From the human T2T-CHM13v2.0 reference genome, Homo sapiens: a DNA stretch of 64,000 nucleotides. The DNA lies in NCBI RefSeq assembly GCF_009914755.1, contig NC_060929.1. One strand, 5' to 3'. Below are positions 41,391-55,329 of the stretch, in pieces. The translations under genes were made by a program, and so were the position numbers. The notes under the pieces were generated by a model. That model had not been told where the DNA came from and searched no databases. It worked only from the letters and a program-made list of their open reading frames with translations. How positions within the stretch are numbered: the stretch's first letter is position 1; the number at the start of each line of letters is the position of its first letter.

Positions 41391-44300
41391 ACCGCCTTTT
41401 CCCAGGAGAGAATTTAACAGAATACAAGGAAGCTAAACATTTCCAACACCATGATATTTGTCTTTCTTTTCGGGTCTGTGCTCTCTGATTCCTTTATGCT
41501 GCTGTTACTGTCACCTGTTAACATTTCTACCCCCACCTCTCGTACACTAAACATCCCCTAGGAAAGTAATACAAACACTCTCTTGCTCTCTGTCAATTGC
41601 TTTAATTATGAATTGCTTGCCACAAACTTTTCCATAACATACTAGCTCACCCTTAATCCTTCCGGCTTTGACCACTCCTATCTTCTGTCATGTCTTGATC
41701 TTTAAATCTCTCATTCAGTGCTGTTTACCTTTCAACTAAGATCCAGGTTCCCTCTCCAACTAGAAGGACTACCTTCTTAGGTGAATGCTGTTCTAATAAT
41801 ACCTATCCCTGGACCCCTATGTTGAGGCATCTCTTGACACTGTTTCAGGGTCCAAGCTCACTCTCATTCTTAAGAGCAGAAACAAGACCTTCTTTCAGAA
41901 GCTCAGTTATGGAACATTCTTTCTACCATTTCACTTCATTCTCTTTTCTTTTATCTTCATGGAGGTATTTTCTTTCATGATAGCGAAAGCAAAATTGAAG
42001 AGTTCCACTAAAGCTTGTATCTTCATGACATGTGGACTCCATCTACCTCTTCTTCCAAGTCTTTATTTAAACAAACTACATATTTCATTGTTATGATTGT
42101 GCATTTCCAATGACAAATCTTAGTGTTTTACTATGTTGAATTATACTCCAAATGTTGCTGATACTCTGTGCTTTGTGTACATAATAGTAATTTTGACTTT
42201 ATTTTTAGTGATTTTTATTAGGAATTTTTAAAAAAATCTGTATCACTTACATAACTTGTTCTATTGTAATGGCTGATACCCTTCATTATATCTAGTTTTA
42301 CAGTTTTAACTGACAATGTTTCCCTTTTCCTAGATTTTGATTTTATAGTATAAATTTGGCAGGCTTCCAAATGATTCTGTGCAATATACTCCAGGTGTTC
42401 ATCAGTCTAGCAGAATAATCCCTAGTTCAGCAACCAGATCCTGTTCTTTATTTATTTTAACTAGCCATTATTTTACTAATCTTATATCTACAAAATCTCT
42501 TATCCTAAAATAGAAACATAGATAAGACCACGCTACCAGCAAATATTTTAGTTTCCTGCTTAGGACTTCATAATTTCTTCATAATTCCTAGAAGAAATTC
42601 AGATTTCTTCTGTTTATATCATTTATCCCCATTCAACATGGTTATTAAGTGGTGATGAGGCAGAGAATTCATTAATTTATTTGCTCATCTTAAGCTACAT
42701 TTGTTGACTGACTATTTTGTTCCAGGTACAGTAATGGGCCAGTAAATTTATAAGCCCCAGACAACTCTCTATCAAGATTAAGCTATTCATTTCAGGAAGG
42801 GAGAACTACTACTGATTGTCCATGTAAGCTCTACAAATGGCTATCTCCACTCTATTTCATTTTTGTAGTTCCTGTAAGTAAGTTCTTCACATTTCTTAGC
42901 TCTAGAAGACTCTTTCACCTTTTCAAAGAAATAGGACATACTGCTTCCTTTCCAGAAACTATACATCTCTTCCCAAAGATCCCTCCAATGGATCAAATTT
43001 CTTCTTTCCATTTTTGTTTGTGTAATATTCTGTCATTAATTGTACTTGATTTGGTTTGATTTCCCTCTGCCTTCTCAAAACCTCTTCCCTTCAATTTCTT
43101 GCTTAGGTTGCTTTTCTGTGTTATACAAGAACCCATTTTCTCCTTCAATGTGGCAAAGAATAAAAATCAATTAATTCTGGTCTTTCAATTTCTCTGAAGG
43201 GTTTATCACCTTGCAGCTCCCGAGATAATTTGTAATTACTTCTGGAAAGAAAAGTAACACAGTTTTTATACCAATTACTCCCCCTCCCCTGCAGGAAAGC
43301 TGTATGAGCAAGCTAGAAGGATATGGAGCTCTCTTTAGGTTGTCCTACCTGGTGCTTTCTCACCTCTAGACTCTCCATGGGAATTTGGTCATTTTTTACC
43401 CCTAGTATGACAGTTTTTAGATTATCAAATACTAGAGTTAGATATCAGATGCAACTGGAAACTAGAGTGAGGTACCTAACGTTAAAAAGAAAACCCAATA
43501 TTGTCCTCTTACTTTATTCTTCCTACTTTTCTAGTACCTGTTGCATAAACTTTTAGCTGACCATTAAAAATTCCTTTCAACTTTCAAGTGCTATTTTCTA
43601 GTGTATGGTGCCTGTTTATAAACAAATAACTATGTGATTGAAAATTACATATTCCCAACTGAGAACCGATACCTTAAAAGGAAATTTCACATAGTACAGT
43701 ATGTGCCATGGGACATGTCAAAATTATTAAATCTTTAAATACTGAGACACCAGTTTACTGCAATATTTTGTTTTAAAAGTAGAAAACAACCCCTATAAAA
43801 TCTGAAATAAGATTAACAATGTGTGAAACTAAAATTTTTATGTGCAAGTCTAGTGGAAATTTGATTCTTCTTTTTGTTTTATGTGGCCTTTTTAACAGAA
43901 AAGCTATGCATTCCTTTAGCTTATGTGCTATACACACAACGTGATAGGTCCAGAGAGTTCACAGCACATCAGGTACATCTCGGACTATTCGCAAAGGGCG
44001 TGCATGATGTACAAACCAGCTTCCACAGGATACATGTACTTCATGAAGCTTTATCTCCATAATCCCCTGAGACAGCTCATGTTTTTTAAATGAAAGGAAG
44101 TGGAAATTACAAAATATCTACATTTGAATAAAATTAAGAATGTAAAATAAACTGAGGCCAGCAAAGCCTTTTTTTTTTTTTTTTCATCAGTTGCAGTTTC
44201 AAAGAATAACTGGACTGAACTTAGAGTTCTCTGGACCTTTTTTGTCTTAATTTAAAACATTTTCTTTATTTCAATGAAATAGATTTCCTACGACGTGAAA

Positions 44301-44707
44301 GGAATAGTTGGGGACGGAAAATTCGGAAGTGTACAAAATAGGAAGTGTTTTAAAATTGGCCTAATGGGGACCTACATGTTTGATTGCTACAATTGGAATT
44401 GTGTTTTATTTAATCAGAAAAGCAACCTAAAATGAAGGCAAATGTTTAATGGTTCAAAATATGTTTTGTGCTTTTAAAAAAAAAGTACCAAATTTTACCC
44501 TTAGTTATTAGTGTAGAAATAAGTCCAGGATCAAAGTGTCCCTCCCACCTCCTGTTCAAAGTATCTCCCCACTTGTCGTAGTGGTTTTAGTAATATTTGG
44601 TTAGAGTTCTCTAGAGTAAATAATGTTTCTTCCCACATGAGAAGGCTGAGTCCTGTGTAGGCTAATTGACTTGTCCATGATTACATAAAAAGGGTATCAA
44701 AGAAGAC

Positions 44708-44711
<4 letters not shown>

Positions 44712-44757
<46 letters not shown>

Positions 44758-44774
44758 TGTCTGTCTGTCTGTCT
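44712..44774 (+). repeat. Compound microsatellite (TG)~22(TCTG)~4
   Basis: Seen directly. Confidence 0.96.
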
Positions 44775-45643
44775 CAATGTCAGCTAAATTCCCAAAGTTA
44801 TGGGTAATAGCCATGAGGAACTTCCGTATTTTACAGAGTTTCAAGGAGATACCAGACATCATTGCCAGAGCTTAAGAAGAGATGGCCAACCTGATTCTTC
44901 AACTCTCAATCCTCATAATGACTCCTAGACTATATAAACAGAAAAGTAGAGCTTAACAAAGAGTGCATTTATATATTTCATGAGCTTTTAGCCTAGAAAG
45001 AAGTATACTAGCATTTCATCATCTTTCCTTTCTAATGAAAGGAGAAGTGCCTGCTCCTCTGCTCAGACAAGAAAGGAACAAGGAGTTCCTCAAAGAAACT
45101 GAAGGTTTCCTCAGGAATGAAACACTGGCATCTCATTCCCCAGTCTGACATTTACTGAACATAAGAAACTTCTTGGCCTACCTAATGGTGCATCACAGTA
45201 GATCATGATAAGGAAGCTTTTGGGAGAAATAGATTATCTTGAGTTAAAGAGCAGATAGAACATACATCCTAGTTCCTGTTAATTCTGGAAAATGTTAACT
45301 ATGCAAATCAGGTTAAAGCAGTTCCCAATAACAAGATGAGAAGAGATGGCAGCCGAAGAACAGTATGCCTTCCTATTATTGAACATGAAAATCGTACATG
45401 ACTCTAGGGCCATGGACACTGTGATCAGATATCGGCAGTAAGTAGATGTATTATAATGTATATTGGAGCCATCTTAAAAAGACTCCACCCAGGAGAGAGG
45501 CTTGCTAGTATGAATGTCTCTCAATTAAAATAGAGGGTATGAAGTATATATCCAGGGGTAGAAGCTAAAGACGGATAGGGCCAGAGTACAAGCGATCATG
45601 GTGGAAGATTGTTTTATTTGTTAAAAATATTTATTTCCCTACC

Positions 45644-45980
45644 TGTGGTAAAATTATACGTTCTGCCATATCAACTTCAGCCTTTTCTGTGTGACTTGCT
45701 TTGCCAATGGGATATAAGCAGAAGTGGCATATAACACTCTCAATTAAAATTTTCTTTAAGTTGTAACCACCTTGTGGTTTCTTCTGTAATGACAGCAGCA
45801 GGTCTCAGATAAAGGCTGGTTTCTTCTTTCAAACCCCAGAATAAAGAAGTGGGAGAAAAGATAAGGCCAACCTGCAGAGGACATGTAATATAAATTAAAT
45901 CTAAACCTTTGTTATTATAAGCCACTAAGGCATGGGTTTGTTTGTTGTCACTGCAGAATTTAGGAAAATACAACTGATAC
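45644..45980 (+). mobile_element. Old MLT1 LTR
   Basis: gtgacttgctttgccaatgggatataagcagaagtg...aacctttgttattataagccactaag...actgatac. Confidence 0.65.
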
Positions 45981-48499
45981 CATCTAGAAAGGGCATTTGG
46001 TGGGTGAATAGTATGGACATTTTCTATGTAGGCCTCTAAAGAATTCACAAGTGTATCTCATAAAAATGCTTATATTTGAGTGCCTGCCTATAAAAGTCAT
46101 ACATGGCTGCCTGTCAAGAACGTAGACATATAAGACTGTTGGCCTTTTTCCTCTAACATTCTTTTCTTTCCTCAACATTCAACTGAAAAAAGAGATCTAG
46201 AGGCAGAGGAGTGAGCCAGAAACAAAGAATGAAAGTCGTAGAAAGTCAGAAACAAAGAATAAAAGGTGGAAAGAGCACAAGATCACACCATTCTCCTCTC
46301 CTTAGCAGGGTGGTCCAGGCCTGAAGTTGGAAAGCAGAGAAATATGTTATTTGAATTTGAAATAAGAATTGACATTTGAATTGGATTGGACTAAACTTTG
46401 TAAAAGAAAATTGAGTCTTGGTGACGAAAATGAAACTCTTCATATAATATAAAATCTAGACAGCAAAGAGTTCTCTTCAAAATATGATTGATCAGTGTAG
46501 AATAGAGATCCGGGTAGAGGTTGGAAAAAGCATTAAAGCATTTTTTCAATCTTACCCTACAGGGTAAACCCATTATAGTTAGACAGCTTGTTGGTGACAG
46601 AAGCTACAAATCCTAACTCTAAGTACAATACTATTTAGAACATTTATTTCTTAAAGGATAATTTCTATGGAAATTCTATCAATAACAAAAGGCAACTCAA
46701 CTTTCTACGGTGAATTATTTGGTAGGCCACAGCGGGAAGCACAATAGTGGGCAAAACTGTAACACAATTTTCTTAGAACTGAAACCCCAAATATAATATT
46801 TTGTGTACGTTATTACTCTAGGGAGCCAAAGCATACAATCATTGACAGAGAGCTCTATAGTAATGCCAAAACTTTTTATTTAATAATGTGTTTATAATTT
46901 GTTTCTTGCCTGAGTCTAAAAAGGATCTAAAGTGTTTTCTTCGGCATACATACACCTTTTTAACCACACATCTATTTATTGAACATGGACTGTGTGTGAA
47001 GTACTCTTCCATGTTCCTGTACTCAACACAATACTGAAAGTAAAGAACTTCATATTTGATACATAAAAACAATAGAGAAATAGACAATTCCAGCAACTTT
47101 TGATCTCACAGTAATGCCAGATCTTTGAATCCTGATACATAAAATTTTATTAATATCTTCACATATTTGTATTCTACAATGACTGTTTTATAAAAAGGTA
47201 GTCAATGAAATGGTTTGAGGCAGGGCTTTGCTTTCTGGATGGATGTTAATTGAAAAGAAAAAACTATAGTTCAAACTACTGTAAGTAGCATTTTAAATAG
47301 ACATGAGTCAACCAAAGCATAGTTCCCAAACTCATACTCACTGTTTATTATGGTTAATACAATTTTAGATTAGTAAAATGTGCAATCTTGGACTTACATT
47401 TTTAAGTAAAATAAATAATTTATGATACACTGGTGTTCTTTGTGAAATCGAAGGATAGAGTATATTTACTCTTTACATTTTTGTTACTGGATTTTCCTTC
47501 CAACAGAAGTAAATATACTAAGAAGGAAAGAACACTTCATAAGAAGTTAGAAGATCTGAGTTATAGTCTATTTTTACTTACCAGACAACTGCATGAACTT
47601 AGGCAAGTTATTTAGCCTACTCAGACCTTAGTAATTTACTCTAAAAATGATTTTAACTAGATAACCTATGCTGTGCTTTCTGACTTGAAATTTTGTGATC
47701 CCAACTGAACATTAAGTGGAATATTAAAATACAATACAATCAGTTGAGAGTCACAGTGCAAAAAATTCAGCAAGTGGAGTTCACAATTTCCTGAAATTAA
47801 TATTGTATTTAAATTTCTTTCTAAGGAAATATTATCATGAACTATGACCAGAATTGTGTCTACTAACTGTCACAAATATTTGCTAAAATAAATATTACTA
47901 AACAAATATTAAATGCAATGCTGTATTGAGTAATTTGTCTCTCCTCTTCCACTTGACAATATTGTCTTCTATAGCAGTGCATTTCTAGCCAAGGACCTTG
48001 TGCAATTATTGAATTTCATTTTAAACTTTAGTGTTGCCCACTGCTGTGAGGTACAGTTTCGTATTAAGCTCTAAACCATGGGTCTGAATTGGAAAGACAT
48101 TTGATAGGCTAAAACCATTTCACTTTATTCCCTTGCCCAATGATTTCCTGCACTGAATGTTCAAAATTTGTGAATCCTGGCCAACAGGACTTTAAAATAT
48201 GTTTATAACATGTTCTTTCCCCAGCTTGTAAATAAATATCAACTTTGAAGGAAACATATAATCTGATTAACATCTGATTAAAATAATAACAAACAAATTT
48301 AGACTTTTAACTATAAAGTAGAACTATAAAAGGATGCATAGGTTATCTAGGCACCCTGCTGAAAAAGAGAAAGGGTTTGTGAAGGAGTAAAGAGAGGGTG
48401 GAAGAATGTCTGGCCTCATTTATCTATTCAAAATATTTAACTTCCATTGGTGCCAGATGAACAAGTCAAAATCCTTTCCCTTAAAGAATTCAATGTATG

Positions 48500-50130
48500 A
48501 GAAACTAGTGGGTGGTCAGGGAAAGTCAGTGACATTTGACAGTGTCCTGGTAAACATGGCAAAAGAGTGGAAAAAGGATTCCAAGAGAACAGAGGGATGA
48601 AAATCTAACTCCGCCTTGAAATAATTTACAGAGAATGAGATGCCATTGATGCACCGCAATGAACAGGTTGAAATCACCCAGTCAATGATGGCAGAAAAGC
48701 CATTTCAGGTAGAAGGTCACTAAACACACACACAAAATAAGAGAAATATATAGAAGTATAGTAGAGAAAAAAGCAATGAGAAACAAAAGTGAAGAGGTAA
48801 ATATGACCAAGATCATATTATGTCTTATATACTGTATTATGGTAAGACATTTGTGTTTGAAACAATAAATAATGGATGCCATTGGAAAATTTAAAAATCT
48901 AGAGTACAAAAATATTATATAATAATTATTGTGTTAGTTTGCCAAAGCTACCATGACAAAGTACTACAAACTGGGTGGATTAAACAACAGAAATTTGTTG
49001 TCTTACAGTTCTGGAGGCTAGAAATATGAAATCAATGTATTGGCAGGGTTAATTTATAAAGGGTGTGAGAAAAAAATAAGTTTTATGCCTTTCCCCTAGT
49101 TTCTAGTGGTTACCTATAAATCTCTGGTGTTTCTTGACTGTAGATGTGTCACCCCATCTCTGCTTTCATGCTCACATAGTGTTTTCCCTGTGTGCATGTA
49201 TGCGTCCATATTTCCCCATTTTGTAAGGATACCAGTCATAATGAATTAGGGGCTCGCCCTACTCCAATATGCCCTCATCTTAATTAATTAGATCTGTAGT
49301 GACTCTATTTCCAAATATGTTCACATTCTGAGGTACTAGGAGTTAGGACATCAACATATGATTTTTGAAGAGACACAATTTAATTCATAATAATTGAGTT
49401 GTAGTAAACATTTTCAAAAGATTATCCTGGTAATATTATTGCAGCTGACATACTGGAAACAAAGCTGCTACGGGGAAGACCAGCAAGGAATCTCTTGTCA
49501 TAACCTAAGAAAGAAAAACATGTTGGCTTGAACTACAATAGCAGCCATAGAGAGAACAAATTTTAGAGATATTTAAGATGTGGCACTGACAGAATATAAT
49601 GAGTAATTTTACATAGGATTTTATGGCAAAAAAAGCTGAAATGACTGAGTTTTCTGGAAAACTGAACAGGTTGTAGAATTATTGATAAAAAAAGGAATGT
49701 TGTAGAAGAAAGTTTGAATAAAGATCATGTGCTTAGCTTTAATATACCTGTGAGACATCCCAGTCAACACGGTAAATGGACCAGAAAACATGAATCAAAA
49801 TCTCAGGTTAGAGATTGTACATTTGGAACTCGGGAAAATCAAGATGGTAAGTGACACTGTGAGCAACTAAAAGAAGTAAAGGGAAAAAGAATATTGGAAA
49901 TAGTAATATTTAAAAGTTGGTTTAAGAAAAAAATAAAACCCATAATAACTCAGAATAAGTAAAGACAGAAGTAACAGATAATGGGATTCTAGAAACCAAC
50001 GAAGGATAGTGTTAATAAAAAGAAGGAAAAAGTGGTCAGTAGTGTCAACAGTAACAGATTTCTAGTAACAGAAAATTATCCTGTGGAAATCATTGGTGAC
50101 TTTAGCATGGGCAATTTGGTGAAGTATAGC
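48500..50130 (-). mobile_element. Degenerate L2 (interrupted by MLT1)
   Basis: ggatgccattggaaaattt, aaagattatcctgg, cctgtgagacatcc, tcattggtgactttagca. Confidence 0.55.
48930..49392 (-). mobile_element. MLT1B/C MaLR LTR
   Basis: tgtgttagtttgccaaagctaccatgacaaagtactacaaactgggtgg...cacattctgaggtactaggagttaggac. Confidence 0.85.
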
Positions 50131-52469
50131 AAAGACGCATTATGTGTGCATCACACCTACTTGAATTCAGTTATTTGGTCTCTGCCAAAACAATAACAGT
50201 AATAATAACAATAATTTAAATAGTGTGGACAATTCTGCCTGACATTTCAATCAATGAGAATATGTATATGTTTTCAGTAATAAATATCAGGAGAGATAAG
50301 ACTTTGCTGATCTCCCAATCAGTTTTGGTTTTATATTGGTTCTAAAAATTGAGAATCTTGCCATGCTATGTAATTCTTGTGTTATAAGATGTTTTTATAC
50401 TTTTGTACATAATGGCCCTTCACCTCCAAGAATACATCATCTATATATCAGATGTTCAGCCAGAACAAAACAAAATGAGCCATCCTTTCAACTTTGAGAG
50501 AAAAATGATGAGATAGATTTATAGAGAGACAGCAGAAGAATCTTCTTATAACAGGTTTGTAGTAAATTTGACTCTGACATCTTTATCTTCTGTGTTGACT
50601 TTAGAAATTAATCTCTCTATATAACTTCATTTTATCTACAAATGGTGCTATTTATCAAATGGTGGCATCAGAGGAGACACAAACAAAATGAAACAGAAAA
50701 TGTGATAAAACAAGTAAAATGATTAGTTTGTATATATCAATTTGGTTGGTTGATTAACTTATTAAAACTACTGTGCTTTTGACTATGATTGACAATGTTA
50801 CTTACAGAAGTGAAGTGTTATTATCACCAATTGCATTCACCTTTAGAAAACCTAGAAGACTTTATTTTGTTAGAATCATGGCTATACCATCCAGTGTTCT
50901 GATGTCAGTACCCCAACACCAGAAGCTGTATAATGATACAGAGTACTCCTCATTGCCACACCCTTCCAGAGTCTTAGAACTAGAAAACCAAATAATAATT
51001 GAAAATAGATTTATTTCTTTCTCTGAAATTAAAAGCACTTGAGACTTACTCACTCTGGGATAGCTTAATTCCCAAGTAAGAACATGGACTAATAATCTCA
51101 GAGGAGTCCTTTATGTCCTTGTTATTCGTCTGAGGTGTTAGAATTTTCTAAAAAGAATAAACAATAATGACTACTGAATGTTCATGAGTAGAATATACTA
51201 TAATGTTGAAAGACTGCTTTGAATTTATTTCCTTAGAAGAAGTGATGGTTGGTGACAATGGGACAAGAAATAGAGGCCATATTATTGCCTTTGTACTTCT
51301 TATGAAATAAGGAGTAAAGAGTAAGAATGAATAGCTAATTCTGAGTATGGAGTATGGAAAGATCTTCTAGTAGTGTTCCTACGGGGTTAATTGGGGTGAG
51401 ATAAGCTAAATATATTAAAAACATGAGTAGCAAGGGGAAAGAATTTGTTCATGACAAACTAGCCTAACAGAGTAAAGGAAAAAAATACCAGAGGACTACA
51501 AAAACTTATAATTGATCAACACAATAGCAGCTAATTTCAACACAGACAAGGGCCAGGAGAAAATAATCACAGAAATAAAATCTTATTTTAAAAAGTTTAT
51601 ATATGCCGATAGTTTTTTAATGTTCTGCAACCTTTCAGCACAAATATTTATACCTTTTTGTGGTCAATTCAATAAAAGCACTTAGTCTATTAGGAAGCTA
51701 ACAAGAGGATTGGATGAAATATTTGTTTATAAAACAAGTGTGAAAGGAGCTATAGTAGGCTTTGGTAATATGCCAATAAAGTATTTGTTGATTGCTAATT
51801 TAAGAGAAAATGTACAGAAAATATTTCACTAATTCATAGAATTTACAAACTTAATGATTGCTCCTATTAGTCTTTTACTTATTGCTGAGGAGACATCCAC
51901 AGCAAGAAAGGATCAGGGAAGAAACAGAGAAAAACAGGTTAGCACTGAAGTTTCTCAGAGAAAGGTTTATACAAAGGAAGAAGAAGAGATTATGGAAAAG
52001 AGTGTTTTGTTTTCATTTTTCCTTGGTAATACCACCTTTTTTTAAAGTTTGAGATGCACTGAAGGTGTGAATACAAACACATGCTTACACATACAACAAC
52101 ATTCTTACTCCTATTCTTCATGCTTGTGAAAGATATCTCCGTAGATAGCCTCACAGAATCATGGATATTCATATGCACATGCTTTAATTATAGTTATGGG
52201 AAAATAAAGAAGAGTTCTAAATGTAACTTGTACATAGGGAAAGTAAAAGAAAGGCTACAGGCTAAAAGCTTGGAAATATAGTTGCAGGAGGAGATTAGAA
52301 GATTCAATTCTTCATTCAAAGTAACCACTAAGGTTACTAATATGGTTACATTATAAAATAGGGGACCTAAACAATTGAAACATTTTCTCTTTATCTTGAT
52401 ACATTGCTGATGACAATATATTCTAATTCAGTTCTTACACCACCTGTCATTTTGCATGTGGATAAAGTG

Positions 52470-52810
52470 GCAGATATTGTGGGTTGGTTGACTAATGTCC
52501 ATCTCAATCTCCTTATTCTTTGTTGCCTCTAGTTTTAAATATTTTAAACAAAAGCATAACTAGGATTCCCGACCATTTTTGCAGCTACAAGTGAGCATGT
52601 GCATAGTTCAGACAATAGGAAGTAAATGGAAGTCTGCTGGGGTTGCCTCTTCCCTTGGACATTGACACTGTTTTGAGACTAAGGGCCACTTTTACTAGCC
52701 CTGCACTTCCCATCACTGGACTTCTTAGCATAGCATAAAAATACCTGAAACTCTCTAGTCAAGTTTTCACTTGACCATCACTCATCTCTGAATGCAATTT
52801 ATAATTGATA
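52470..52810 (+). mobile_element. Old MLT1 LTR fragment
   Basis: tttgcagctacaagtgagcatgtg...ggaagtctgctgggg. Confidence 0.45.
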
Positions 52811-53007
52811 TAGGATGATAGGAGGAGCACAAAATAAAGAGCAGAGAAAAGAGAAGGAAGATCATGAGACGAGAAGGTGAAAAGGTCCTCGGGAGTGATA
52901 TACATTCAAAAATAGAAATAATCACTCATTTCCAACTCATGTATCAAATGCAGTATGCCAAGGTCAGATTCATAAATTTGAACTGAAATTATATCAGTGC
53001 AGAAATG

Positions 53008-53052
53008 TAGAGCATTCTTTATCTAAAACTCTTGGGGCCAGATGCATTTCAC

Positions 53053-53087
<35 letters not shown>

Positions 53088-53330
53088 TGCATATATATGC
53101 ATAGAAATGTAGCATGTTTTATATATTGAATTTAACATTGCATCCCCCAGTAAGGTCCTTAAAATACTTCAATGTTTCTGTATGGTAATGTAAGTGTAGT
53201 CACATTAAAAGAAATAAGAAAGACCATAAATAGTTTTGTCGTAGTTAACTTCAGTGCTTTCGAATTAATCATAGAAGTAATTTTGTTTTCAGAGTTCTTT
53301 GGAGTTTGAAGTTGGGACTCTCAAGCTGTG
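53008..53330. mobile_element. MER46C/Tigger4-like MITE with a (TA)n(CA)n insert
   Basis: ttatctaaaactcttggggccagatg. Confidence 0.5.
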
Positions 53331-53560
53331 ATAACTAAAACGTGTGCAGTTTTTATATTGGGTCCTCTACATATGTTAATCTGTTTAATCTTCACAACAA
53401 TCTTATGAAGTGGGTGCTTATAATCATCCCCATTTTGCAGACTGAAAAACTAAGTAGAAGAGAAGTAAAGTAACTCAGCCAGAGTCATCCAGGATGTATC
53501 CATGTTGAGATTTGATCACAACGTGGATATGGCACCACAGTCTATGGTTACACTATATCA
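53330..53560 (-). mobile_element. MIR
   Basis: tttaatcttcacaacaatcttatgaagtgggt...cccattttgcagactgaaaaact. Confidence 0.7.
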
Positions 53561-53793
53561 TAGTATAACCAAAATGCTATATTATTCACCTTGATATAAA
53601 CACACATGCATCTATATAATGAAAACCGTGAAACAGATCAGTGGAAGCTCTTTTTTCTATATTGCCTCTGAATAATTTCTGACCAACCTTCATGTGCAGT
53701 ATTATCAATTTTATATCCGCTAATAAAAATGAATTCTTAGTTGGTCAAGTATTTTTAAAGAACTACCAGTTTGGGGAATAAAATAAGACAGTA

Positions 53794-54050
53794 TAGAAAG
53801 GAAGGAAAAGAATGGGAATGAAAGAAAGAGAAAGAAAGAAAGAAAAGAAAGAAAGAAAGAAAGAAAAAAGAAAGAAAGAAAAACAAAGCAAGAGAAAGAG
53901 AGAAAGGAAAGAAAGAAAGAAAGAAAGAAAGAGAAAGAAAGAAAGAAAGGAAAGAAAAGGAAGAAAAGAAAAAAGAAAAGGAAAGAAAGGAAGGAGGGGA
54001 GGAAGAAAGGGAAGGAGAAAGAAAGAAAAAAGAGGGAAGAAAAAAGAAAG
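53794..54050 (+). repeat. GAAA/GGAA purine-rich low-complexity tract
   Basis: About 255 nt almost exclusively A/G. Confidence 0.95.
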
Positions 54051-55329
54051 TATAACTCAGGCTAAGCTTAAAGTATGAAAGAATACACAGAAGTAAAATA
54101 TATTTAACACATATTTATAACAATGATTTAAAAATCAAAATTCACAACTTGCATTTTAAATTGAGGAATATAAAGCAATACTCAGCTCAAGTAGAGCTCA
54201 TAAAAATGACTTTTAGGTGTGAGTTTTAACCCAAGATTTAAAGGAGGTGATAAAAATAGAGTAGCAGTGAAAAGCCTTGGAGAAAACCTTGGGAGTGGTA
54301 AAAAGGGAATTTTGGTGAGTAAAAAACATGTATGTGTTATCAGACAGGTTTGGCCCTGGTGTGCCTCCCTACCCACCCTCAACTTTCCCACCCTCTGCTG
54401 GAACTGATAGAAGGTAAGAATATTATTATGTACCAGAACAACAAATGTAGAGTCTATGAAAGAAAAAATAATCATGCAGCCTGGGGAATCTGGGGTTAGT
54501 AAGAGAAGAAAATTGCTGAGATACTTAGCTTAGTCCCTATTACGATGCTCCATAAATTTTGATGTTATAGAATAACAGAAAAAGGTAAAGGAATTCTAAG
54601 AAGGGGTAGACATCTCTATAGAAAATGCCTGTTCTTTTTCCTCAAGATTTCAAAACTTTTGAGAATTACACAAACATGTCTCAATGGATCTAGAGAATGA
54701 CAGTGAAAAATGTCAGGAGATCAGAAGTTATTTTCATGACATAAAGAATTTAGAGAAGTTAACTCTGGGATTAGAAGGCTCAATTTATTCAGGGTCGGCA
54801 TCTAAAGAACAATAGGGTTTGGTGATTGGAATTTTTAAGCACGGAAAGATGCTCACACGATTTCTCAATATTTCGCTTTTTAAATCACAAAACCAAAAGA
54901 CTATAACTTGAAGTCAGCTTAAGTTTTCAAATTAACATTTGCTACCAATTAGTTCATAATGAGTGTTTGTCTGAAATGTTTAATGACCATAAGAAAGCTT
55001 TTAAAATTGAAAAACTTTTATGTTCAGTACTTATGTTGTTACCCTGCCTGGCTTATTATTGCAACAAGTTTGATCACCCAAGAGTTCATAAGATTTTAAA
55101 CAGGAGGACTTGGCCCTCAAGCAGGATGACAGGGCCTTTGCCTCTCTTTAACATCCTGCATGGGAAATCTTTTAAACAAAGAGTAGATCCCAGTTGCTTG
55201 TTTTGTACTTAAACCTCACACTAATCCCATTGCCATCAATAGAAAGTTTGTATGTGGATTGAGTATGGGCTGCCCATTCACAGAGCCACTGAGAAAAGGA
55301 AATGCCCTTTTATTTCATTGTTAAGTCCA

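Noticed and set aside
53812-54078. 88-aa Lys/Arg/Glu-rich ORF
   Set aside because: Translation of a GAAA purine repeat, which cannot contain stop codons.
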